DNA of 35,388 bases. Source: Conidiobolus incongruus B7586. Taxonomy: Eukaryota. The notes beneath the pieces are model-generated. The model did no database searches. It had not been told where the DNA came from and saw nothing but the letters and a program-made list of their open reading frames with translations. A program made the position numbers and the translations under genes. Below are positions 23,198-35,388 of this stretch, in pieces. Position 1 is the stretch's first letter, and each line of letters begins with the position of its first letter. The stretch is taken from NCBI GenBank assembly GCA_000697335.1, contig JNEM01011858.1, positions 1 through 35,388 on the forward strand. The letters are read 5' to 3'.

Positions 23198-26100
23198 TAA
23201 TGTTTTTATTCCACTAGTAATTCACAACAAAAATTTCTTATAAGGCATAATTATAATTATAATTATAACAATATTAAATCGAATTAATGAAGATTTGAGT
23301 TATAATTCAATAAAAATTGTTAAATTAATAGAAATGAATTAACTTTTAAACATGAACCAATGCAATTTTCTTTATACTATAAGCAGCTTAGTCTATGAAA
23401 CGAGAAATGTATTTTAATTTTCAAAGTCCAATAAAGTTTGCAATTGGTTCAATATCACAAAATCTAGTTTATTATCTTATTAGGAATTTTAAATATTAAT
23501 TGTCAAAATTCATTATTAATAGTTGATTTTTTTATTTTTAATATACATACTTTCAATTTTTTTTCATTTTTAATTATCGAATTATTGAATCAAATTAATA
23601 AAACTTTCATGTTTTTTTAATGTTATATAGTTATTGATATATTTTTTATTGAGAAAATAAACTCTTTAATTAAAATAATTCCAATTATTTAATCAATGAT
23701 AATTCATTATATACTTTTAATCACTTACATATTGTATACTCTAATCATTTGATAAAACTATGAATATATATAACTTTCTTACATGATTTTAATCATGTAG
23801 TTTATTTCAAGTTAATATTACTATTACCATTTTATAATATTCCTAAATTCTTCATTTCATTGATATTAATCAAAATATAATATAATTTGAATATTGTATA
23901 GAAGTATTTTAAAGATTCATTTTAATTTTTGGATTATATTTCATATTCCTAATATCTATTGATTTTTATTTAATTTACAAAACCCATACATTAACTGATA
24001 TATTACTACTTGAATTATTCGCCGTTATCAAATTATTTTACATTTGTAAACCACATATTATTTACTTCATATTAGCGTGCAAGCTTACCAATATAAAATT
24101 TTATTTATTTTCGAAATAGGGTCTAAAATAATTTGAAGTTCGAAGATTATAAGGATTGAGGATGAGATTAAAAAGAAATTTGATTAAAATAGCTTATTCT
24201 AACGTATTTATTGAACATTATGCTCTATTTGTTTTTTCATTCAGTTTAAGGTTAAACAATGTCTATTAGTGATAAATTTAATTATTAAGTTCATAGTATA
24301 AGCTTCAATGATAATGATGTGAAATCATTATATATATGCTTATATAATTATCTTATAGTTAGCCAGGTGCTTAAGTTATACCAACCATAACTAGCTGACT
24401 TTTTTCTCATTATATATTATCATAACCTATTTAAATGTTATTAATGCATTCTAAATATGGTCAAAATATATTTGAATTGATTAATAGTAGAATCATAGTC
24501 ATATTGTGCTTTCATTTTAATATGTATATATGCGATTTAATATATTGAATCAAAATATATAATGGGAATTTTAAGTAAACAATAATAATTCAAATTTAAC
24601 TAATCAGAAAATCTTAAACTATATACTAGACTACATTGAATAAATAATCGATTTTGAATATTGCAATGCATCTTGTGAAATTTGATTAGATTTATAATTC
24701 ATAATGTTTTATATATTTGAATTAAGAGTATGTTTTAATATAAACTCATATATTTATTCCATCTTATAATCAATGTATATTGGGATATTATCATATTGAT
24801 CAATATATATGTGACTTAATAATACTCAATTTCACAGATAATCCAATATTTTATTTGATAGAAATACTCGATTAATCAATTTCAAATATCTAGATACTTT
24901 TGTCAAATATATAAATATATCAAACCTGATACCATAAAAATAATATAATATTGAATAATTAATTGAATTAATATATATTAATTATTTTATTTATTTCTTC
25001 AATAGCTTTTGATTAATATAATGTTAATAACTCAATATATATTCAAAAATTATTTATCTATTACTAAATACTCATTTTAACTGAAATAATATATTGTTAA
25101 ATAAATATATAAGCAATTCCCTTTTACCCTTGCTTTTTTATTAGTACTTTGTAATTTGAATTCAGTATTTATCCTCAACAGTCTATTATGAGTCAATATA
25201 CAAAATAATTATTTATTGGTAATTTTTCTATTGACTTAATAAAACAGTTTAAATTTGATATTATGAAAAACAATTACAATTTAAATAAAATTATATATAT
25301 ATATATATATGTGGTTAATTTATGTGATAATAATGATAATGAGAAATACAATTTAAATAAAAAATGTCGTATATTGAAAAAACGATAATGCTTTTAATCG
25401 AATTGTTCACAATTACAAATAATCAAAGTGACTTTTGTATTATAATATCCCTTTGTGCGTATATTGATGGATTTTTTTAAAACTTAATGATGTAAAAATA
25501 TTATTTCTAAATGCTTTGATATTAGAAAATACAATATCAAAGAATTAAAAGAATAAATAATTATAAATATCCATTTAGTTTGAAAAATACTTTAATTTGA
25601 CTTTAATATTGACATTTTTTAAATATTAGAATGCTATGAAAAGTGATATATTTTATATGTAATATATTAATTCTTATTTTTGTCAACAAAAAAAAATATC
25701 ATTTTTATAATTTATAGAACCAAACTTTAATAATTGTTTATAAACTTTCAGTATTACAACTATTATAGATCTCTAATTAGGAATACTAATTGGATATATA
25801 AATGAAAATAATAGTGTATTCAATAATAAAATTATGGCTCGCAATGAATAATTTATATCCTATAATTAAAGAATTAATAACCAAATATAATAAACATATT
25901 TAATATTAGATTAAAAGTGCGACTCTATCGATTTCAACTTAATGATTATGATTTAGAAATTTGAAAGATAGAATCTTTTCAAATTCATAAAAATATATTA
26001 TTTCAACGATGGTAAAAATCTTTTAATAATATTAATAATTAAACATATCTATAAATAACTATTTCTAGATATATTAAAAAATTTATAAACTAATCTTTAG

Positions 26101-27657
26101 AAATTAAATATTTAATAACTTATTTACTGTGTAATTTGAATCGACAAGATAAGAAAATTATTTCAAATGATTTATTTTACCCTTTGATAGTAATTGATAA
26201 AATTGTAAATCATGAGTTATAGACTCAATTTTTAAATGCAAATACTTGAATTTAATTAAAATATATGTTATAATATAAATTAATCTAATGTCACGTGGTA
26301 TTTTTTAGCTTCAAAATTTATGAATTATCGGGTCAACCCTAAATTAAATATCTTTAGATATTATCAACTTTGATCTTTTGATAATATCTATTAAATTAAA
26401 TAAATATAATACATCATATTGAGGTTTAACTCATTTCATATAGAGATTATTATTTGTAATATATGAAATGTGTATTTTGAAATGATAAATCAGTGAAAAC
26501 TAGTTAAATTAGTTTCTATTTTAGTAATAAAACTAAAAATTATTAGATATGAATGATACAGAGTATACAACATATTGTTTAAAATCAAATTATATTCCAT
26601 TATTATTCAATTATTTGGATTTAATTAATAATTCAAAGAACAGGAATTTCAAATTTATTTCAATACATTTCGAAATGATTAGATGTTAACTCAAGCCACT
26701 GATATTAATTTCGGAATAGTTGTTAATATTGAATAGTGGATCTGAAGCAAAGATATGTATGTTTTAACTGATAACTATATCAAGTATTCAAATATATAAT
26801 GATTGGACCAAGTATTGAAAAATTCCACCAAATTATAAACTTGAGTTGTAATGTTTATAGAAAAGAAGGTTGATGTATTGGATAGTTTTAAAGTTACATA
26901 AGGAGAGCTCATTCAAAAACGCACCACATGAGTTTTGAGTCTGCTAACTAAAAAATTTATTTCAATTCGGTAAAATTTAAATATCCAAAGGAATATTTTA
27001 AAGATCATATATTTATTCGACCATTTATACACATATTTAACAATACAATGTAATTTTTTAATATTGGGTGGATTGATTAAATTATCTAGTTAGCGAAAGA
27101 TCAAATATGATGTATAATTTAAGAGATTTATTTGTTAAAGTATACTTGAGAAGTCGAATATCAAGCTAATAAAAAATTTGATAGCAGAATATTTACAATA
27201 ATCAGAATAGATAAGTCAATTCAAAAGTATACTACCTGAACCACATTCGAAACCTTGGTTATTATCTGTATCACAAAGTATTAAATTAAAAAACAAATTA
27301 ATCTATGGTTATTAGGTAATTAAAGAATTGCAATATCAATAATTCTTGATATATTTCATATACTAGTTACAAATTATTATAATAGTCAATTTTATAAATG
27401 ATTTAATATCAAATTGATGCGCTTAAACTTGAATTGTAAAATTATGAATATAATCAATGTATATTGAAAATTATCATTAAAAAACAAACAATGTTAATAA
27501 AAAAATAACAACAGTATGATAAATAGTTTTAATAATTAATTAATTTATTTATTTTACAACCATAAAATATTTGCCATTAAAGCAAACCAGTGATCTTGAG
27601 TATTGGAAATTGGATTGGATATTCTTAAATATATATTATGTGATATTGATTATTAAA

Positions 27658-28980
27658 TTAGTGTTCAATTTCTTTCTTTTCTAATTCGGTTTGTTGAACT
27701 GAATCATCGCTATATTCCTTGATAGTGAAAGTCATGAAGATAGCAGGAATAACAGCGCAAGAGAAGAGGGCCCAATTGGTAATGAGCTGAGTCATTTGGT
27801 CAACTTTGGCACTATCGATAGCCCAAGCGACGGCAGCACCAATAGATTGGACACCCTTGTAGTAACCAGCATATCTGGATAAGGTAGCAGCATCATTAGA
27901 CATAGTACCCATGATCCAGTAAGACCAAGATTGGATCATAGCGTCAGAGAAACCGTAGGCAAGATACATGACCAAAAGAGGACCATAGTTGGAATCAGTA
28001 AAATCAACACGATACTCTTCATCGAGAACACCTTCAGCAGAGCGTTTCAATTGAACGAAATAGCCACCAATCCAGACACTAGTCATAATAGCGACAACAA
28101 CACAGAAAGAGATAATACCACGGACCTTACGAGTCAATTTGGGAGTATCTAAAAGGAAACCTAAGAGGACAGAGCCAACCATTTGGGAACCCCAGTAGAC
28201 GACATTGTTCAAACCACGAGTACGAATCTTGAAGGTAGTACCGTTATAAGAGTTGAATTGATAGGTGTAGAAGAAGTTGGAGGAGAAGAAAAGAGGGAGC
28301 AATACAAGCATTCTCCATTCAGTGAAAACTTTGAGGACACCAATGATTTCACCCTTGACAGCGGGAGCCTTGTTGACTACAATTCCAGTTCCATCAGATT
28401 TGACTACCTTGTTAATGGGAGCCATAATGAGACCAACAGCAGAACCGAAGATCATAATGACAATGAAAGCAATGTAGGTACCGTCTGTAACAGTGGCATT
28501 GGTGTTGTTGAAATTGATACCGAATGAGATCAAGCCACCAAGTACACCACCCAAGTTGAAGATGACCCAAAAGATAGAGATAAACTTACCCTTTTCATTT
28601 TGAGTAGGATAGGCCATCATGAGAGCACCTTGAGCTGACCAAAGGAGACCTGCACCGATACCAAGGATGGCACCAGCAAAGACGACGAAAACTCTGGATT
28701 GGATATGGTTATAGGCGAGGAAAGAGCAGGCATAGAGGGCATAAGTGAGACCACCAGTAACTAGAGTGGCTTTGGGACCAAAAGTATTCACAAAGGCACC
28801 ACCGAAGACACCGAAAATGGCAAAGGTAACATATAAGGCAGTTGAGGCATTGGCGGAGACTGTAACGTCAACCTGACCACCACCTCCCATACCAGTCAGA
28901 GCGTTGAACATACCTGGGCAGCAGAAACAAATAATGCCCACCATAATGTTTTGGATAATAGCACTGTAGTAGTTAACCAT
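27658..28980 (-). CDS. UNC-93-like MFS membrane transporter
   Basis: 440-aa polytopic ORF with the family motifs CFCCPGMFNALTGMGGGG, GAGLLWSAQG, FWVIFNLGG, SNFFYTYQ and YAGYYKGVQS. Confidence 0.93.
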   Translation of the reverse strand: MVNYYSAIIQNIMVGIICFCCPGMFNALTGMGGGGQVDVTVSANASTALYVTFAIFGVFGGAFVNTFGPKATLVTGGLTYALYACSFLAYNHIQSRVFVVFAGAILGIGAGLLWSAQGALMMAYPTQNEKGKFISIFWVIFNLGGVLGGLISFGINFNNTNATVTDGTYIAFIVIMIFGSAVGLIMAPINKVVKSDGTGIVVNKAPAVKGEIIGVLKVFTEWRMLVLLPLFFSSNFFYTYQFNSYNGTTFKIRTRGLNNVVYWGSQMVGSVLLGFLLDTPKLTRKVRGIISFCVVVAIMTSVWIGGYFVQLKRSAEGVLDEEYRVDFTDSNYGPLLVMYLAYGFSDAMIQSWSYWIMGTMSNDAATLSRYAGYYKGVQSIGAAVAWAIDSAKVDQMTQLITNWALFSCAVIPAIFMTFTIKEYSDDSVQQTELEKKEIEH

Positions 28981-31900
28981 CGTGTTTAATACGGTTTGTA
29001 ATTATGATAAGATATATATATATGAGTTTAATAATAATACAAATATTAGATCAATTGAACCAAGTATAAAAACTAATAATTCAATAAAAATAATTAGATT
29101 AAAACTGGAGGAGTTAATTAATATTGAAACAGTAAGCGGATGTAAATCTATTTATACTAAAAATCATTGTGGGTTTCTAGTGAATGAGATTAATGATCTT
29201 AAATTAACATGAATTTCTAATTGATCCAATTGGGAAAAATTAATTTTTTTAATTTTCATTAATCTAAGTATTTCGTAAATAAATATAAATAGTAGTTAAT
29301 AGGTGATACTGGCCAATAGATTGTTTATATTCAACTGAAAAGGAATAATGAATATTATGCAAGGTTATTTGGACCAATCATATAAACATATTTTATGCCA
29401 AATCTGAAAAATATATTAAATAAAATTTGACTATTTTGACTATAAATCGTCTTTTATGGAGAATTACGAAAATTTCTACCGCGGCGACGACAAATTTACT
29501 ACAGCAACCCAATTCGGATCTCTTGTGAGATGGAGAATTAGAGGGGGAGAATTAGAGGCGAAGTTAATAATATGGGAAAGTTTAATTTACACACATTGAT
29601 TCAATAGTTAAGAGAAGAATATTATATTTGGATTTGTACCAGGTTAGTCATATGAAATTCATAATTTTATCATTTGAATAAATTTGGCACAGCAAAGTTA
29701 TGATCAAATATTGTTGAGTTACTTGTTTATTTTTTGGGTTGTATAATATTTGCTATTTTTATCAACTTATGTTATGTCATTTATTGTTTTTAGCTAAATT
29801 TAGTTTGAGATGAAGCGAAATGTAAAACGGTCTCAAGAATCTTAAATGAGTAACTCTAATCTATTATGCTAACAGTTTTGGTTAAGGTGATGATATTTAA
29901 TCTGACCAGAGGAATTTTTAATTTTGCAAACCTCAGAAAAACTATCATCCAATATTATTGGTGAAATAAATTTAATAGCAACAATGATTGGATAAAGTAC
30001 CTTCCTAAAGCGTCACATCTAGACTTAAGCCCAATTTCACTATTAATAAAAATAGCAATCAATGAACACAAATTTGGTGTAATGAGCAGTTCATCAACCA
30101 AAATTATAAAAATAATACTTATGACAAATACCTATTATGAATATATGATAGTGATAGAAATGAATTATTCCTTTTAAATAAGGTAGTATCTGTGTCAAAT
30201 TCAACTAGTTTAAAGCTTACATTTATAAATTTGCCATTTTATGTATGGTTATGCATTGCTTGCATCTACATAAATTAATATGAATATTTGTTTATTATGA
30301 CTAGAGTATGAGCGAACTTGTGTTAAATATGATTCAATATTTTGAATAAGAGTTGTATTTAGTAATCAAATTTTTCTATTTTTATGATATGTCAATTAAT
30401 CAAAATATCTTAATATGTATACCTAAATAGGTTAATATACCGGGTAATTTAATATAAGAGTTTATGATCAACTGGCTGGACCCTTAATCGACTAACGGAC
30501 TAACTATAGGGAAGTTCGAAGGTTCGATTGATCATTTGACTTTGATTTAGCTCCTCAATCAACGCGATTGCTGGTTAATGGTGCTGTTCAAGTTATTCAT
30601 CAATTTCAATTCTCCGGTTAAAATCTCTTAATTTGATATATTTATAACTACAAAATTAAGACTTGGCGAATTATTATGATGGACTAGTATAATGTCAAGA
30701 TTATCATCACATAGCTATTAAATAATATACATTAAAGTTGCTTAAATGATGATAATTGAGAGACATATAAAATGAATAAGATTTGAAAATTTTTGCGGAA
30801 TTCGATGTGTTAAGTGGATTGTTCTGCAATGCTCGTTAGAATTCGGTAAAAACAGTCAACTTGATATCAGGAATATTTCAATAAACCATAGTTATATATA
30901 TTTATCTATAAATATATATATCATGCTCTGGTTTTATGCTATTTTTAAGATTATTTTTTTTGATATTTAAATGTCAGTGAATTGTTTTGGAAAATTATTG
31001 ACATATCAATCACTTTGAATACAGTATTTCATAAATCATTTCATCTATAAAGGTTAATATAAATAGATATTATCATTTTTTGGTTAATTCCATAAATAGA
31101 AATATTCAATAATATTTAAAACTTTTATAATATTAGAATGAATTCGTATTAGAATAAAATTAGAGAAAAATCTAACTACTAACATTAAACAAAAGTTAAT
31201 GGAAAATTTGAAAAATTTAAAAGACGGGTATGAATCACAATTAAATTATTAAGTGAGCATAATTGATATGTTAAGATGTTTTACTATTAATGATAGTAAC
31301 TATAAAAAGGTAGTAAAATTGAGCATTAAATATATCCTATCAATTTTACAAACATAATTTAAACTCATTTTGAATTAGAATTAAGTGTTTTTAAAAAAAT
31401 ATATTACTAAATAATGGAAGTATAATGATTTTATCTACAAAAAAACGAAATATAAGTAAATTATTTAAAAAACAAAATAATTACCTCGTAATATATTTAT
31501 ATTATTTTATATATATATAAACTGAAAAATTGAATTATACTAATTTTAGAATTAATTCAAATTTTTTTTTAAATCTTATCAACCTATAAAAATTTCTAAT
31601 CGAAAAAAAAACTTTAAAAAGTATAAATATAACGAAAAATGATAAAACCTAAAAATGATATATTTTCGGATAATACTTACTAATTCAATTGTGAAAGTTA
31701 CCAACAATACTTAAGATGGATTCAAAATGAGGAAAATATATTCTCAAAATTCCCAATCATCATTACCTAAAGTACCTTAAATCCCACCAACTCAACTCCA
31801 ATTTACTCACCTTATGCCTAAAAATAACTTAATTTCAAATTTTCATATTTCCTTTAAGAGTAAAATTTTTATTTTAAATAAATATATTAGAAATGATATC

Positions 31901-32596
31901 ATTTAGGTCAATAATAATGGTAATTTGATAGTAATATTCCAGTATACCAGATTATTTTTACATTGTACCAAGTGGAAAAATAATTTTTAAGGATATTAAA
32001 ATATTTTAATAGATATTATTATCAACTGTTTTAATGATGCTATCACAAGTTAAATGTGAATATTATTTTAACTTTTCTTTTTTATTTTAGAAAAAATAAA
32101 TATTATTTATATTATTATTTTTTAAAAAGTATAATCAAATTTTCAATTTTTTGTAAATAATGATTAATATATGAGAATTATTCCATATAAAATATTTTAT
32201 TTTTAATTTAATATTATATAAGAATATTAATTTATGTTAATTTTTTTCAAAAAATACCCATTATTAGTTATTATTAAATAAATAATTAAAATTTAATTCA
32301 AAATTAATATTTGAAAATCATCAATAATTATAAGAAATTTTAATTGATAAAATTGAAAATCTGTAAATAAAAATTAATTGAAAAGTATTAGATAATAATC
32401 TTGCAAAAATATGATATTAGAAATAATTTTATATTAATTAATCATATTAAAACAGTTTTAAAAAATAAAAATGTTAATTAGTATATTTTATTATTCAATA
32501 TAAAATGATATTTATTAATGAATTAAATGAATATATGAATATATATGATGATTGATATTTGATAAAATGTAATGATTAAATATGTGTATGCTACAA

Positions 32597-33619
32597 TTAT
32601 TCTATCACTACTTGTTTAGGTGCTACATCAGTGATGGCCACTTGATTAAATCCAGCATTCACCGAAAAGTCGTGGTTAATGTTAGCCCCGGAATGATCCA
32701 CAGATACTACTTGATCTCGACGCATCTTGTGATTGCGTGAATATCCGTCATAAAACGTTTTGTATACACTCATCAGATTATCCAAGCTCTGGTCACGCCT
32801 TCTTAACGCAGGAGCCTGGGAACCGATGTTTGCTGTGACAGTGTTAAGAGATTGGTCGACTTGGTAGTGGTTATTATTTGTTATACCAAACTTCTGATCT
32901 CGTCTCGCCTTGGGTCTGGTAGTTCCCAATTCGGTAACGTAGTTATTAATAGAACGATCAATTTGATAATCGTTTGTAGTGCTCACACTTAATGACTGAC
33001 CTCTACGATCCAACTCTCTTACAGTTACCCCATTACCAGCTTTATTTTCAGCCATATTCACGGATGAATCAAATTTGATATTCATCTTACTGTTGTCAAA
33101 ATCAAGCTTTTGGCTACGACGTTGCTTCTTATCCACATTACCCGCGCTGTTTTCAGCTACATTGAAGGAATTATCAGATTTGATTGTCATTCCATCCATA
33201 TCCAAAGTGAGCACTTGGCTTCGTCTTTGTTTAGTGTTACCAGTGCTGGATGATGCAAAATTGAGAGATTGATCCTTGGAGATTTTTAGTCCATCCATTT
33301 TGAAGCCAATATCCTGACTACGACGCTGAATTGTAGGATTATTCACTGTGTTAGTACCAATCTCGGATACTGCCACGTTGAGAGAGCCATCATCTTTAAT
33401 CTTGCTAGGAAATACGGTATGGACAATTTCGGTATCTCTTCTAATCTTTTGATTTCCAACACGGTCTAAACTCAAATTAATAGATCTATTATGCTCGATA
33501 TCCTTAGCAGGTTCAATAACAGCAATCTGTTGACGACGATTCAAATTGATAGGGGAGCCCAAGATAGATAAAATGGCTATAATACAAGTAACAGAACTTA
33601 AGCAACTTTTGGCAACCAT
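32597..33619 (-). CDS. Secreted Kex2-processed repeat protein (KEP-like peptide precursor)
   Basis: Hydrophobic signal-like N-terminus (MVAKSCLSSVTCIIAILSILGSP) followed by nine segments, each preceded by RR. Eight segments share a (D/N)xS-hydrophobic-N motif. The second ATG (33619) is preferred over 33655 because of TATA spacing and its AAAATCATGG context. Confidence 0.85.
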   Translation of the reverse strand: MVAKSCLSSVTCIIAILSILGSPINLNRRQQIAVIEPAKDIEHNRSINLSLDRVGNQKIRRDTEIVHTVFPSKIKDDGSLNVAVSEIGTNTVNNPTIQRRSQDIGFKMDGLKISKDQSLNFASSSTGNTKQRRSQVLTLDMDGMTIKSDNSFNVAENSAGNVDKKQRRSQKLDFDNSKMNIKFDSSVNMAENKAGNGVTVRELDRRGQSLSVSTTNDYQIDRSINNYVTELGTTRPKARRDQKFGITNNNHYQVDQSLNTVTANIGSQAPALRRRDQSLDNLMSVYKTFYDGYSRNHKMRRDQVVSVDHSGANINHDFSVNAGFNQVAITDVAPKQVVIE

Positions 33620-33670
33620 GATTTTAGTAATAGACAATAATGTACACGTTACCATTGATAATCAGTTTCC

Positions 33671-33678
33671 CTTATATA
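33671..33678 (-). promoter_or_regulatory. Putative TATA box of the repeat-precursor gene
   Basis: TATATAAG on the minus strand, ~52 bp upstream of ATG 33619. The AT-rich background weakens the call. Confidence 0.45.
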
Positions 33679-35388
33679 TGATCTAAAATGTTTAAATAAT
33701 AACGTTGAGCAAGACAAGAATTTATTAACCGATATTTACTGTTGTATACAAAAGGCAAAGATTGGCATGTTCATTTCATATAATTTGTTGATGATTGAAT
33801 TGGAGATCGATATGGAATAATAATAACACTATTTAATGAATTCAATTTATTCATTTCCTTTGTTGATGATTGACTTTCAAATTGCTCATTGGATAATCTG
33901 TTATGATTTAATGGTCATTTCACTGATAATTTTATTATATCAAAAAAATTTAAAGTATAGATATTTATTAACTTTCAATATTAAACATTATTATAAATTT
34001 TTATAATTAATAGCTATTATTCAAGTATTTATTATCAAGCTTTAATAGAAATAAATTTTGGGTTAAAATTTTTAGTAAATATTGTTTTAATATCATTAAA
34101 ATCCATGATTAAAATTGAAATTTGAAAACTTTTAAACTAATTGTTTAAATAATAATTAATAATTCCAGATTACTTAATATATTGATCTTTTTGAAAATAT
34201 TTTAACTTTAAAAGAATAATTCAGCTATTTAAACTACTTATTACAAACTTCATAATATTGCTATAAAATTTATCATTTTCATTTTTTAAATTATATAAGA
34301 TTTATGGAACCTTGACACACTTTAATCCAAGGTTTCGTCGGTAAATACATTTAATATAATATTTAAATATTTTCAACTTTATAATCAATACATTTATACT
34401 CTTAGTCAATATTAAGTATTTTAAATTTTTAAATTATAATTGAATTGATATTAAATGATTATTTAATCCACCTTATAATAAGTTTATTAATATTCCATTT
34501 TTATTGTTTATTTTGGTAATTTAATTCTTGATGTTATTATAAATTTACTTTATTTTTCTGAAATTTAAAAATTATATTAGAATAAAACTAAAGACTGATT
34601 AATATTATTATGAATCTTACTCAATATAAAAATACTAATTTAACTTCAAAATATCTTTAGTATTGTATTATTAGAATTCTTGTCAGCTTAATTATTGATC
34701 TTAATTTTATTTTATAAATATTAATATACTTAGTAATAAGTTTAGTAATTCTTTCATTTTGCTAATTTTGAATAAAATCAAAAAGTAAATATTAATATTA
34801 TAAAGAAATATATGTATATACCTTGATTTGTTTGTTCAAAATTGTTAATGGTAATATATAAAAATTTTTGCATATTATATATTAATTAATATAGTCAATT
34901 TTAATAAATATACTCATTATTAGAATGATATAGCTTTATTTTTATTTAATAATTGATATTATAATCAATAATTATCTTATTTCCAAAAAACGAAATAAAT
35001 TTCAATACTTAATCAGATATTTTATAAAATTTTATATATTAACTTATTTAGTTATATTTTATTATTAAAAATAATTTAATCAATATAAAATCAATATTGG
35101 GTTTTATTATTAACAATATTTTACCATATTTATAACAAATTTCTAATATCTAAAAAATAATTTTTTTATAAAATAAAATCTGATATTTTATATATCAATT
35201 GAATTTATTAATTAGAGTTTATTTTCTTATAAATATATATCTTATTTATCCAAAAGCAATTATAATCATATAGTTTATAATTTGATATATATATTAGATA
35301 TGGCAATTATTTTTAAATAATTATATAAAAAATTTTATAGCTTTGGTTTTGTATATTTTTAAATTATAATATAAATTATTAAATTGGT

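Noticed and set aside
27931..28527. Plus-strand ORFs (73, 114 and 66 aa), similar to 22500-22712
   Set aside because: Antisense shadows of the UNC-93-like gene. Their similarity just reflects the gene/pseudogene duplication.
28982..29212. 76-aa plus-strand ORF next to the UNC-93-like start
   Set aside because: GTG start, lies in the 5' UTR/promoter of the opposite-strand gene and has no recognisable motif.
29532..29558. GGAGAATTAGAGG repeated twice upstream of the UNC-93-like gene
   Set aside because: Could be regulatory, but a short local duplication explains it equally well and there is no further support.
30440..30620. GC-richer patch containing GGTTCGA (B-box-like)
   Set aside because: No cloverleaf or complete A/B boxes could be built.
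33075..33272. 65-aa plus-strand ORF
   Set aside because: Antisense to the repeat-precursor CDS.
27658..33619. Peptide precursor plus MFS transporter as a RiPP gene cluster
   Set aside because: No DUF3328/UstYa oxidase or other tailoring enzyme is present in the window, and Kex2 products use the secretory pathway. Adjacency alone is insufficient.

Overview
Very AT-rich eukaryotic DNA with intronless fungal-type genes. An early-diverging fungus such as Entomophthoromycotina is plausible, but this is inference only. Bases ~148-10230 form a nested transposon island. A Tc1-like DD34E element (148-8999) carries a second copy of itself (711-2171) and a complete chromodomain-bearing Ty3/Gypsy LTR retrotransposon (2981-8804, TSD ACTTA), and is followed by a mariner relic. 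All of these are destroyed almost only by C>T/G>A transitions, a RIP-like pattern. Next come a calcipressin/RCAN gene, a tRNA-Leu(TAA) with a solo LTR inserted 10 bp upstream (TSD CTTTA), a second mariner relic and an alpha-arrestin gene. After these are a UNC-93-like MFS gene with a tandem pseudogene copy and a secreted, Kex2-type repeat precursor. The precursor would release about nine related 24-39 aa peptides sharing a (D/N)-x-S-hydrophobic-N-x6-G motif. The most interesting items are this peptide precursor, the RIP-like signature and the apparently tRNA-targeted LTR. All alignments and counts were done by eye.
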